Origin: an uncultured Verrucomicrobiae bacterium
GTDB taxonomy: Bacteria > Verrucomicrobiota > Verrucomicrobiia > Limisphaerales > Palsa-1400
Assembly: GCA_963707025.1 (NCBI GenBank)
Contig: CAVPOM010000016.1
Coordinates: forward strand, 64,001 to 128,000
Length of the DNA: 64,000 nt
Direction of reading: 5' to 3'
The notes beneath the pieces were generated by a model. The model was given only the letters and a program-made list of their open reading frames with translations, did no database searches and was not told where the DNA came from. Of the stretch, positions 48,594 through 57,708 are shown one piece after another (within the stretch, counting starts at the first letter, position 1; the number at the start of each line of letters is the position of its first letter). The position numbers and the translations under genes are program-made.

Positions 48594-50519
48594 ATGAGCC
48601 AACTGGATTCCATTCAAGGCGCCCTGGCCCGCGCCGCGGCGCGGCGGCGCTGGTTGCGCAGTTGGAATGGCCTGTGGCGCGGACTGTTGGCCGGGGCCAT
48701 CGTCTGGTTGACCGCCTTGGCCGCCTTCAAGCTCGCCCCCATTCCGGGCGTCATCCTGCCGGGCGCGGCGGCGCTGGCCGGTTTGCTGACTTTGGGCGGC
48801 TTCCTGCACGGCTGGTTCCACCAACCGACCCTGCAACAAACCGCCCGCTGGGTGGACGACAAGCAACGTCTGCAAGAACGCCTCAGCACTGCCCTGGAGC
48901 TGGGCCAATCGGGCGCCAGCGAGAATTGGCGCGGCCTCATTATGGCCGATGCCGCCCGTTTCGCCTCCAAGCTGGATCCGCGCAAGCTGATTCCGTTCCA
49001 TCTGCCGCGCGCCACCCGTTGGGCCTTGGCCGCGCTGGCCGTGAGCGCCGGGCTGGGTTTCCTGCCGGAATACCGCACCCAGGCCTTCCTGCAAAAGCGA
49101 CAGGACGCCCTGGCCGTGCAGGCCGCCGGAAAAATTCTTATTGACCTCACCCGCCACAGCCTGGAACGCCACGACCCGCTCCTCGCGCCGACCGAGCGCT
49201 CCCTCCAGGCCGTGCAGGAACTGGGATTTAAAATGGACAAAGTTTCCCTCAGCCGCAGCGACTCCCTCAAGGACCTGGCCAACCTGAGCGAGAAAATCAA
49301 GGCCCAGCAAAAAGAACTGGGCCAACAAGTCCCCCCCCTCAAATCACTGGAAAAAGCGGCGCGCGACGCCAGCCGCAGCCCGTCCGCCGCGGCCGCGCAG
49401 AAGGAAATGGAGGCGCTGCAAAAATCCCTGGGCAAATCCGCCGACAGTCCCGAGGCCCTAGAGAAACTGGCCGCCGATCTGCAAAATGCCCAGAAGGCCC
49501 TGGCCAGCATGCCCAAGGGCGATTCCCCCGGCGCCGGCGCCGCCCGCCAGCAAATGTCCCAATCCCTGTCCGACCTGGCCCAGCAAGCCCGCGACCTGGG
49601 CCAGCCGCTGCCCGATCTGGAAGCCGCCATCGCCGCGCTCCAAGCCAGCAAGATGGACACTCTGCGCGGCGACCTGGACGCCGCCACCACCGACCTGAAC
49701 AAACTCAAGGAAATGGCCCAGGTTTTGCAGAAACTCCAGCAGCAGGCCGACCGCCAGGGCAAAGACCTCCCCGAACAACTCGAGTTCGGCCAGTCCGACG
49801 CCGCCCAGGGCACTTTGCAAAAAATGATTGACCAACTGAAATCCGGCCAGATCACCCCCGAGCAGATGGCCAAAACCCTGGATGAAGTCGCCCGCTCCAT
49901 AGACCCGGCCGCCCCCTACGGCAAAGCGGCCGAGTTTCTCAAGCAAGCGGCCGGCCAATTGCGCGCCGATCAAAAGCCCGGCGCCGCCCAATCCCTGGCC
50001 GCGGCTTCCAAGGAATTGGAAAAAATCGCGGGGCAAATGCAGGACGCCAAGGCCCTCAGCGCCTCGCTCGCCGCCTTGCAAAAAGCGGAGGACTGCCTGG
50101 GCCAGTGCCGGGGCGGCCGTCCCGGCGCCAGCAACAAGCTCAGAGCCGGCGCCGGCAAAAACGGCGGCGTGGGCGGCTGGACCCCGGACGACTCCCAGCT
50201 TTATCCGGAAATGAGTTCCTCCTGGGACAACACGGGGGTCAACCGGCCGGACACCGATCCGCGCGGCTTGACCGACCGCGGCAACCCCCAGCTCGCCGAT
50301 AATTTGAACCCCACCAAATTCAAGGGCCAGCTCCAGCCCGGCGGCCCCATGCCGAGCATCACTTTGAAAGGGGTCAGCATCAAAGGCCAGAGTTCGGTGG
50401 CCTTCCAGCAAGCCGCCACCGCCGCGCAAAGCGATGCGCAAAGCGCCCTCAACCAGGACCAGGTTCCCCGTGCCTATCAAGGTGCCGTGAAAAGCTACTT
50501 CGACGACATCAAGAAATGA
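48594..50519 (+). CDS. Membrane-anchored coiled-coil protein (DUF4175-like)
   Basis: N-terminal TMs, LQERLSTALE, long Gln/Ala-rich coils, C-terminal VP.AY...VK.YF. Confidence 0.7.
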   Translation: MSQLDSIQGALARAAARRRWLRSWNGLWRGLLAGAIVWLTALAAFKLAPIPGVILPGAAALAGLLTLGGFLHGWFHQPTLQQTARWVDDKQRLQERLSTALELGQSGASENWRGLIMADAARFASKLDPRKLIPFHLPRATRWALAALAVSAGLGFLPEYRTQAFLQKRQDALAVQAAGKILIDLTRHSLERHDPLLAPTERSLQAVQELGFKMDKVSLSRSDSLKDLANLSEKIKAQQKELGQQVPPLKSLEKAARDASRSPSAAAAQKEMEALQKSLGKSADSPEALEKLAADLQNAQKALASMPKGDSPGAGAARQQMSQSLSDLAQQARDLGQPLPDLEAAIAALQASKMDTLRGDLDAATTDLNKLKEMAQVLQKLQQQADRQGKDLPEQLEFGQSDAAQGTLQKMIDQLKSGQITPEQMAKTLDEVARSIDPAAPYGKAAEFLKQAAGQLRADQKPGAAQSLAAASKELEKIAGQMQDAKALSASLAALQKAEDCLGQCRGGRPGASNKLRAGAGKNGGVGGWTPDDSQLYPEMSSSWDNTGVNRPDTDPRGLTDRGNPQLADNLNPTKFKGQLQPGGPMPSITLKGVSIKGQSSVAFQQAATAAQSDAQSALNQDQVPRAYQGAVKSYFDDIKK

Positions 50520-50676
50520 TGGGAATTGCGGATTGCGAATTCGGGTCTTGGCGAAAGGTTAGGGGCGTCCCTCTTGGAGAGCGGTGCTTCATCAGAACCA
50601 CGGAGCACCATGATTTATATTGATCCCCATGCGGCTCAAAATCCGCAATCCGCAATCCGCAATCGGTTCAGCCTCC

Positions 50677-50955
50677 TCAGCGAAACGCAATCATCCCCGC
50701 GGCGAACAAAACCGCCAGCACCAGCGCCACCACCCACCAAAACCAACTGATCCCGCGAGGCAGCACTTTTTTCCTTCCAAATTCCCGGTCCACAAACTCT
50801 TCATAATCAAAGGACTCGTCCGGCAGGTTCAGCCCGCCGACGCAGGCCTCCTCCGACCACCCCGTTTTCTCGTCCGCGCCGCAGGCCGGGCAGGCTTTGG
50901 CGTTGGGCGGAACCTCCGCGCCGCAATTGGGGCAGGTTTCAGGCGGTGCATTCAT
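50677..50955 (-). CDS. Zinc-ribbon protein with C-terminal TM
   Basis: CPNCG...ACP.CG.DE.TGWS and FDYEEF..REF motifs plus a hydrophobic tail. Confidence 0.8.
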   Translation of the reverse strand: MNAPPETCPNCGAEVPPNAKACPACGADEKTGWSEEACVGGLNLPDESFDYEEFVDREFGRKKVLPRGISWFWWVVALVLAVLFAAGMIAFR

Positions 50956-51095
50956 AGGAGCAAGAAACCCGCGAGCAGTCGTCTGCAATCAAAGAAATGA
51001 GCCGCGGATCACGGAATGGGAATTCTGCATTTTGCATTTTGCATTCCGCATTTTTAATCCGCGTCATCCGTGCCATCCGCGGTAAAACTTTTCCA

Positions 51096-51866
51096 TCAGT
51101 AGAGCCGGGCTTGGGAAACTTTCCCCACGATCCCCTGGGTCCGCCAACTCGACGGCGGAATCGCCGCCGGATCCAGACTCCATCGTCCCGCCAACTGGCT
51201 GAGTTTCTCCGCGTCGCCCGCCAGCGCTTCGCGGGAGGCGAACACATTGACCTCGCAGCCGTAGTCAAAGCAAACCATGCCCAACTCCCGTTCCGCCGCC
51301 GTGAGGAAGCCTTCATTCCACAAAATCTCCCCCGCCCAGGCGTAAGCCCGGTAAACCCGCCCATCCTCCAGCAGCGCCCAGGCATGGTGGCTCAACACGC
51401 GGTTGACGCTGAAAAACTGCACATTGCCCAACTGGCGGCTCAAACCGCGCAAAAACCGGTAGCACAAATCCACATCATCGGCCGGTTCGGGCAATCCCGG
51501 CCCCACCACCAGGACCCACCCCGAAATGGGGCCCGAGACAAATAATTTGCCCTCGCTCGTTTCCACCAGGCCTTCCTCCCACGAGCAAGGCACGGCCTGC
51601 TGCAAATGCAGCGCCGCCTGCACCAGCCCCGCATTATTGCATTTGACCGCCAGCCAGCGCGCCGGCCGCTCGAACAACGAGGACCGCGCCCCAAACTGCC
51701 CGTTGCCCGGCGCACCGGCTCCATCACCCGCGTCACCCTGGGACAGACGGGCGGCCCGCCGCCGCCGCCAGGCGCAATAAACGAAGAAGCCTCCAATTCC
51801 CAAAACGACACCCAAAGGTATCAACATCAGGAGCCAGCCTAACTGCTTCAAATATGCCGGACTCAC
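51096..51866 (-). CDS. Membrane-anchored hypothetical protein
   Basis: N-terminal TM; WLAVK, GWVLV.G, RAYAW.GE.LWN.G and W(S)LDP motifs. Confidence 0.65.
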   Translation of the reverse strand: MSPAYLKQLGWLLMLIPLGVVLGIGGFFVYCAWRRRRAARLSQGDAGDGAGAPGNGQFGARSSLFERPARWLAVKCNNAGLVQAALHLQQAVPCSWEEGLVETSEGKLFVSGPISGWVLVVGPGLPEPADDVDLCYRFLRGLSRQLGNVQFFSVNRVLSHHAWALLEDGRVYRAYAWAGEILWNEGFLTAAERELGMVCFDYGCEVNVFASREALAGDAEKLSQLAGRWSLDPAAIPPSSWRTQGIVGKVSQARLY

Positions 51867-52159
51867 GCTCAAAAGAATAAACGCAATCTACTATTGGATT
51901 GCAGGATTTCAACTCCCACCCGCACATTCTTTGCAGATTCTCATTCCGTTCCCAACCCGCCGCCAGCCGCCGCCTCTTCTGCCGCGCCCCGCCCGCGCTG
52001 CCTCCGGGCCGGCGATCCGGACCGCGCGCAGATTACAGCGGTCCCTGCCGGCGTTGCACCCCAAAACCGGCTTTTTTTAGACGGGCCGCGCCGGGGGCGG
52101 CGCCGCCACGATAAAAGTCGCGCTCCGCGGCCAAACGTGCTAACCGTATCACCCACAAT

Positions 52160-53192
52160 ATGCCGGTTGAATTTAAAGACTATTACCAGACTCTCGGGGT
52201 CCCGCGCACCGCCAGTTCCGACGAGATTCGCAAGGCCTTCCGCACCCTGGCCCGTCAATACCACCCCGATGTCGCCAAGGAAAAGAACAAGAAGGCGGCC
52301 GAGGAGAAATTCAAGAACATCAACGAGGCCTACGAAGTCCTGGGCGACCCGGAGAAACGCCAGAAGTACCGATGAACTGGGCGCCGATTGGAAGGCCGGC
52401 GGCCGGTTCCGGCCCCCGCCTGGCGGTCCCTCCTGGCGCACCTACGGCGGCCGGCCCGGCCCGGCGGAGGCGCGCGAAAGTTTTGAATTCGGCGGCACCG
52501 GCTTCAGCGATTTTTTCGAGCAGCTTTTCGGCGGTGGGCGCGGCGCGGCCCGGGGCGGCGGCTTTGACCCAGGCGAGGCCGGACGCGGCCATGACATCGA
52601 GGCGGTTCTGATGGTGACGTTGGAGGAGGCCATGAACGGCTCGGTTCGTTCCATCAGCCTGCGGCGCAATGCCCTCTGCCCCGAATGCCACGGCACCGGG
52701 GCCAAAGGCCGGAACGTCTGTCCGGCCTGCGAGGGCGAGGGCCAGGTTTCCATCACGCAAAATCACAAGGTGAAAATCCCCGCCGGCGTGCGCGACGGCC
52801 AGCGCCTGCGCGTCGCCGCCCAGGGCGAACCCGGGGAAGGCGGCGGTCCGGCGGGCGATCTTTATTTGCGCGTGCGCCTGGCCGGCCATCCGGATTTTCG
52901 GGTGGAGGGCGGCGATTTGTATTACGACCTGGATCTGGCCCCGTGGGAAGCCGCCCTGGGCACCAGCGTGGCCGTGCCCGCACTCAGCGGCGCCCTCAGC
53001 ATCAAAATCCCTCCCGGCACGCAAAACGGCCAGCGGCTCCGCGTCAAAGGCCGCGGCCTGCCGGGGCGCGCCGCCGAGCGGGGCGATCTTTTCGTCGTCG
53101 CCCGCATCCAGATGCCGAAGGAGATCACCGAGCGCGAAAGAACGTTGTGGCAGCAACTGGCCGCCCAATCGGCTTTCAACCCCAGAAGTTGA
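52160..53192 (+). CDS. DnaJ/CbpA-class co-chaperone (frameshift near 52369)
   Basis: DYYQ.LGV and HPD J-domain; GFSDFFE; two CxxCxGxG repeats; KIPAGV..GQR.R; extra C in TAC-C-GAT. Confidence 0.88.
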
Positions 53193-53415
53193 GCGGGCCA
53201 TCCGTTGCTCCCTTGGTGCATTTCACATTTTTGGTTTTTCATTCTTAATCGTAATCTTAATCTTGCTCTTAATCCGAATGCGGGAGGGCGATGCGATTAA
53301 GATCAAGATTAGGAGCAAGATTAAGAGGGGAACCCAAAAACTGGAATGCGCCCGGTTCCCGGCCGGCGGCGTTTTGCTTCTTGACGCCGGGGGGGCGGCA
53401 GCCTAAGCACTGGCC

Positions 53416-54117
53416 ATGAAAATCTGCCTGTTTGGCATAACCGGCATCCCGGCCGGCAACCACAACATCAAGGACGCCCGCCTGGACCAAGCCGATCAAT
53501 TGGTGGAAGCGCAGAAGAAGTGTTATGCGCAGGTGGTCCTGGCCGAGGAGAAGGAACTGGCGGTCTGCGACGCCATCCTCACCAGCCGCGCGGCCTTGAG
53601 TGACTTGCTGATGAAGGACCTGGATTTTGTCGAGACACGGCTGGGACGGGAGGCGGGGGAAGCGGAGAAGAAGGTGCTGCAAAAAATGGCCGAAGGGCTG
53701 GTCAGCGAGACGCCCGTCTCGAAGCTGGGATTGACGACGGAGGAATTGGCGGCGATTTCGGCGCACAGCTTTGTCACCAACCGGCCGGTGGTGGTGGCCG
53801 GGGAGGCGGAATTGGCCGCGCCGGAGGCCCTGCTGGTGCGGGCCTTGGCGGAGAGCGGCTACATCTGTTTCCTGACCGTCGGCGGCAAGGAGAACCGCGC
53901 CTGGCCCATCCGCGCCGGCACGTCGGCCTGGGAGGCGGCGGGCACGGTCCACACCGACATGCAGAAGGGGTTCATCCGCGCCGAGATTATCAGCTTCGCC
54001 GATTTGCTGGCGGCCGGCGGGGAGACGCAGGCCAAACGCGCCGGCAAAGTCCGGCTGGAATTGAAGAGTTACGTGATGCAGGACTACGACGTGGCGAATT
54101 TCCGGTTTACCAAATAA
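53416..54117 (+). CDS. Short YchF-like protein (DUF933/TGS domain) lacking the P-loop
   Basis: C-terminal FLTVG..E.RAW.I..GT.A.EAAG..HTD..KGFIRAE; no GxxxxGKS or DxxG. Confidence 0.8.
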   Translation: MKICLFGITGIPAGNHNIKDARLDQADQLVEAQKKCYAQVVLAEEKELAVCDAILTSRAALSDLLMKDLDFVETRLGREAGEAEKKVLQKMAEGLVSETPVSKLGLTTEELAAISAHSFVTNRPVVVAGEAELAAPEALLVRALAESGYICFLTVGGKENRAWPIRAGTSAWEAAGTVHTDMQKGFIRAEIISFADLLAAGGETQAKRAGKVRLELKSYVMQDYDVANFRFTK

Positions 54118-54161
54118 ATCCAACCATCGGGCTCACTTGCTTTTAGCAAGCAGGACGGAAA

Positions 54162-54440
54162 TCACAGCTTGCCGGTGAAGGCTTTCAGCTTGCCGGCTTT
54201 GCGCGCGGCCCCGATTTCAGCCAGGGCGGAGTCTTTCGCGGCCCTCGCTTGCGCGAGGGTCACCCCGTATTCGCCCAACGCCGGAAAATCGCCGGGATGG
54301 AAAGGCAGGCCGCGCAATCCGACCATTTGCGCGAAGAACATGGACACCGCCGCCGCCGGGGTGATGCCCAATTCCCGGCATACCACCCGCGCCTCCTGGG
54401 CCAATTGGCTGTCTATCCGAAGTCTGATTTGCTCAGTCAT
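54162..54440 (-). CDS. RelB/DinJ-family antitoxin (orphan)
   Basis: I.LRID..L..EA..V..ELG.T...AV.MF..Q.V...GLPF. Confidence 0.8.
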   Translation of the reverse strand: MTEQIRLRIDSQLAQEARVVCRELGITPAAAVSMFFAQMVGLRGLPFHPGDFPALGEYGVTLAQARAAKDSALAEIGAARKAGKLKAFTGKL

Positions 54441-54798
54441 GTATAAAACATGCCACGATAAAGGAGGCTGTCAAACTTGACGACGCGGCCCAAATCTCCG
54501 CCAAACGCGCCGTCACCGCCGAGCAACGATCCATGCAATTTCCAGGGAAGAAAAAAGAAGCAGCCGGCGAGGGCGCCGACCGCCACACGCGGGGCGCGTG
54601 TGCTCCCCGAAACGGTTCCCGTCCGGCTTGGAGCGGTTTCACAAATACTGCAGCCTCATTGCGCGGCCGGGCCGGTCCCGAATTATCGGGACCCGCCGCG
54701 GCGCGCGCGCAGTGCGCGCCCTGCCATCCTCATTGAGGGCTGCACAATTTCTTAAACCGCCCCAGGCGAGGATTTGGGCGGGGAAGGCGGTCACGGTT

Positions 54799-57675
54799 TC
54801 AGCCGCCCAAGGACGCCAACAACTGGAGGAGGTGTTCGAGCTTGGCTTGCCAGCCGGCCAGACGCTTTTGGTGCTCCTCCAAAACAACGGGCGGGACTTT
54901 TTGCACAAAAGCGGGGTTTGCCAATTTCTGCTTGACTTTCTCGATCTCCGCCCGGGCCTTGGCTATTTCCTTTTTCAGGCGCTCCTTCTCCGCGCCCACG
55001 TCCATCATGCCTTCCAGCGGCAGATAAAGTTCGCCCAGTTCGGAGCGCGCCGCCGGGGTGCCTCTCGCCGGGGTGTAATCGGCGCGCACCTCCAGCGGTT
55101 CGGCGTTGAGCAGCAGCTTCATGGCCGCCAGGTCATGCGGCTCCGGCGCGCCGGCCGGCTTGAAAATATATTTGACTTTTTTGTTGCCCGGGATGTTTCC
55201 GGAACGGCGCAGGTTGCGGCCCTGCGTGACCAGCTCATTGCGCAAATCCACCTGTTGGAGGAGGCTCTCCGCCAATCCGTAATGCGTTTTGAAATCTTCG
55301 TCCAAAGGCTTGGGCCAGTGTGAGAACATGATGGTGTCGCCCCCCTGGTCGGCCGGCAGGTCGAGGTGAAAGCCCAGGCCGTGCCAAAGCTCCTCGGTAA
55401 TGAAGGGCAGGAAGGGATGGAAGAGCCGCAAAGTATTTGACAGCACAAAATCCATCACGGCCAGGGTGTTGGCCTGGAGCGCGGCGGTGCCGGCGTCAGC
55501 CGGTTGGTTCCCGGGCGCCAGCGCGGCCTTGGCCGCTTCCAAATACCAGTCGCAATACTCGCTCCAGAAAAAGCGGTAGAGGGTTTGGGCGGCCTCGTTA
55601 AATTTGTATTGGGCCAGCGCGCCGCTCAATTCGGAGACGGCCTGGTCGAGCTTGAGCAAAATCCATTGGTCGTCGCTGGTCAGAAGCTCCGGGCGGATTT
55701 CGCCCTCGGATGCGCCGGGCTGCATCTGGCGGAAACGGCAGGCGTTCCACAGTTTGTTGCAGAAATTGCGGCCCAATTCCACCTGCTGCTCGTCGTAAAG
55801 GACGTCCTGCCCCAGCGGGGCGGAGCGGATGACGCCGAAGCGGAGGGCGTCGGCCCCGTATTGGGCGATCAGGTCCAGGGGATCGGGCGAGTTGCCCAGG
55901 GTCTTGGACATCTTCCGGCCCTGCTTGTCGCGGATGATCCCGGTGAAGTAAACATTGTGGAACGGCATGGTCCCGGTGAACTCGTATCCGGCCATGATCA
56001 TGCGCGCCACCCAGAAAAAAATAATGTCCGGCCCGGTCACCAGGTCCGTGGTGGGATAGAATTTTCTCAGTGTTTCCGTCTGCTCCGGCCAGCCCATGGT
56101 GGCAAAGGGCCAGAGCCAGGAACTGAACCAGGTGTCCAGCACGTCGGGGTCCTGGGTGAAGCCGAGCTTCTCCAATTCGCGCGCCACATCTTCTGCCGTA
56201 GCGTCGAGACAGACGCAACCGTTCATGGCCTTGTTGCCGCTGGAAAAAACATCCAAGTGCCGGTCGCCAACGACAAGATCTGACCGGCCGCTTTTTTCCA
56301 ATTTGCGCAGGTATGAATCTATCTCATCGGCCTTTTCACTGGCAGCGGGCAAAAACACTTTGGATAAAGACCACACCGGAATGCGATGTCCCCACCAAAG
56401 CTGGCGGCTGATGCACCAGTCTTTGATGCCTTCCATCCAGTGGTCATAAACTTTCGCCCAGCGGTCAGGCTGAAACTTCATCCCGCCTGCGGCCACCACC
56501 GCTCGTGATTTTTCCACGCTCGGATACTGCAAAAACCATTGCTCACTCAGGCGGGGCTCAATCTGCACGTCGGCGCGTTCGCTGAAACCGACCTTGTTCG
56601 TATAAGGCTCTTCCTTTTCCAAAACCGAAACCTCTGCCCCGTCCAAAGCTTTTAGCTTTAATTCCTTTAGTTTTTCCACGGCAACCCTGCGTGCCTTGGA
56701 ACGGTGCAGACCGTTCAAATCCTGGCCGGCATCTTTATTCATGGTGCCATCCGCATCAATGACTTCAAGGATGCCTAAGTTGTGGCGCAGGCCGATTTCA
56801 AAGTCTGTTTTGTCATGCGCCGGCGTCACCTTGAGCACCCCGGTGCCGAAGGCGATGTCAATGAGGTCGTCTCCGACAATCGGAATGACGCGTTGTTCCC
56901 GGGGCAATTCCGGCGGCAGCGGACGAACGGCATGCTGGCCGATCAAATGGGCGTAACGCGGATCCTTCGGATTGACGGCCACGGCCGTGTCGGCGGGAAT
57001 GGTTTCCGGCCGCGTCGTCGCAATCGTCAAAAAAGTTCCGGGCGCCTCGGCGATCTCGACCTTGAAATAATAGAGGAAACCTTTTTGCTCCTTCATCACC
57101 ACTTCTTCATCGGAGAGCGCGGTGAGCGAGGAGGGACACCAGTTGACCATGCGTTTGCCGCGGTAGATGAGGCCCTTTTTGTAAAGCTCGACGAAGACCT
57201 TTTGCACGCAGCGCGAATACTCCGGGTCCATGGTGAATCGTTCGCGCGTCCAGTCGCAGGAGGCGCCGAGCTTCTTGAGCTGCTGGATGATGATGCCGCC
57301 TTTTTCGTTTTTCCATTTCCAAACTTCCTCCAGAAATTTCTCGCGGCCCAGATCGTCGCGATGCTTCATTTGACCGGCCTTCTTCAAGGCGCGCTCCACG
57401 ACCGATTGGGTGGCGATGCCGGCGTGGTCGGTGCCGGGGAGCCAGAGGACTTCCTTGCCGTCCATGCGGGCCTTGCGGGCCAGAATGTCCTGGAGGGTGT
57501 TGTTGAGGACATGGCCGAGGGTGAGCACGCCGGTGACGTTGGGCGGAGGGATGGCGATGGAGAAAGCCGGTTTGGACGAACGCGGATTGGCGGTGAAACA
57601 ATGGCGCTCCAGCCAGAATTGGTACCATTTCTCCTCGACGGACTGCGGTTCGTAGGCTTTGGGAATTTCAGGCAT
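54799..57675 (-). CDS. valS: Valine-tRNA ligase
   Basis: PPPNVTG.LTLGH, PGTDHAGIATQ, WCISRQLWWGHRIP, DVLDTWFSS and KMSKT motifs. Confidence 0.97.
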   Translation of the reverse strand: MPEIPKAYEPQSVEEKWYQFWLERHCFTANPRSSKPAFSIAIPPPNVTGVLTLGHVLNNTLQDILARKARMDGKEVLWLPGTDHAGIATQSVVERALKKAGQMKHRDDLGREKFLEEVWKWKNEKGGIIIQQLKKLGASCDWTRERFTMDPEYSRCVQKVFVELYKKGLIYRGKRMVNWCPSSLTALSDEEVVMKEQKGFLYYFKVEIAEAPGTFLTIATTRPETIPADTAVAVNPKDPRYAHLIGQHAVRPLPPELPREQRVIPIVGDDLIDIAFGTGVLKVTPAHDKTDFEIGLRHNLGILEVIDADGTMNKDAGQDLNGLHRSKARRVAVEKLKELKLKALDGAEVSVLEKEEPYTNKVGFSERADVQIEPRLSEQWFLQYPSVEKSRAVVAAGGMKFQPDRWAKVYDHWMEGIKDWCISRQLWWGHRIPVWSLSKVFLPAASEKADEIDSYLRKLEKSGRSDLVVGDRHLDVFSSGNKAMNGCVCLDATAEDVARELEKLGFTQDPDVLDTWFSSWLWPFATMGWPEQTETLRKFYPTTDLVTGPDIIFFWVARMIMAGYEFTGTMPFHNVYFTGIIRDKQGRKMSKTLGNSPDPLDLIAQYGADALRFGVIRSAPLGQDVLYDEQQVELGRNFCNKLWNACRFRQMQPGASEGEIRPELLTSDDQWILLKLDQAVSELSGALAQYKFNEAAQTLYRFFWSEYCDWYLEAAKAALAPGNQPADAGTAALQANTLAVMDFVLSNTLRLFHPFLPFITEELWHGLGFHLDLPADQGGDTIMFSHWPKPLDEDFKTHYGLAESLLQQVDLRNELVTQGRNLRRSGNIPGNKKVKYIFKPAGAPEPHDLAAMKLLLNAEPLEVRADYTPARGTPAARSELGELYLPLEGMMDVGAEKERLKKEIAKARAEIEKVKQKLANPAFVQKVPPVVLEEHQKRLAGWQAKLEHLLQLLASLGG

Positions 57676-57708
57676 GGAAATCTTTTCAAGGAATGATCTC
57701 AAATTCAA

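Noticed and set aside
47430..49328. Long antisense ORFs (e.g. 47430-49328, 61689-63449, 28474-29979, 16083-17549, 20616-22031)
   Set aside because: Shadow ORFs opposite well-supported genes in high-GC DNA
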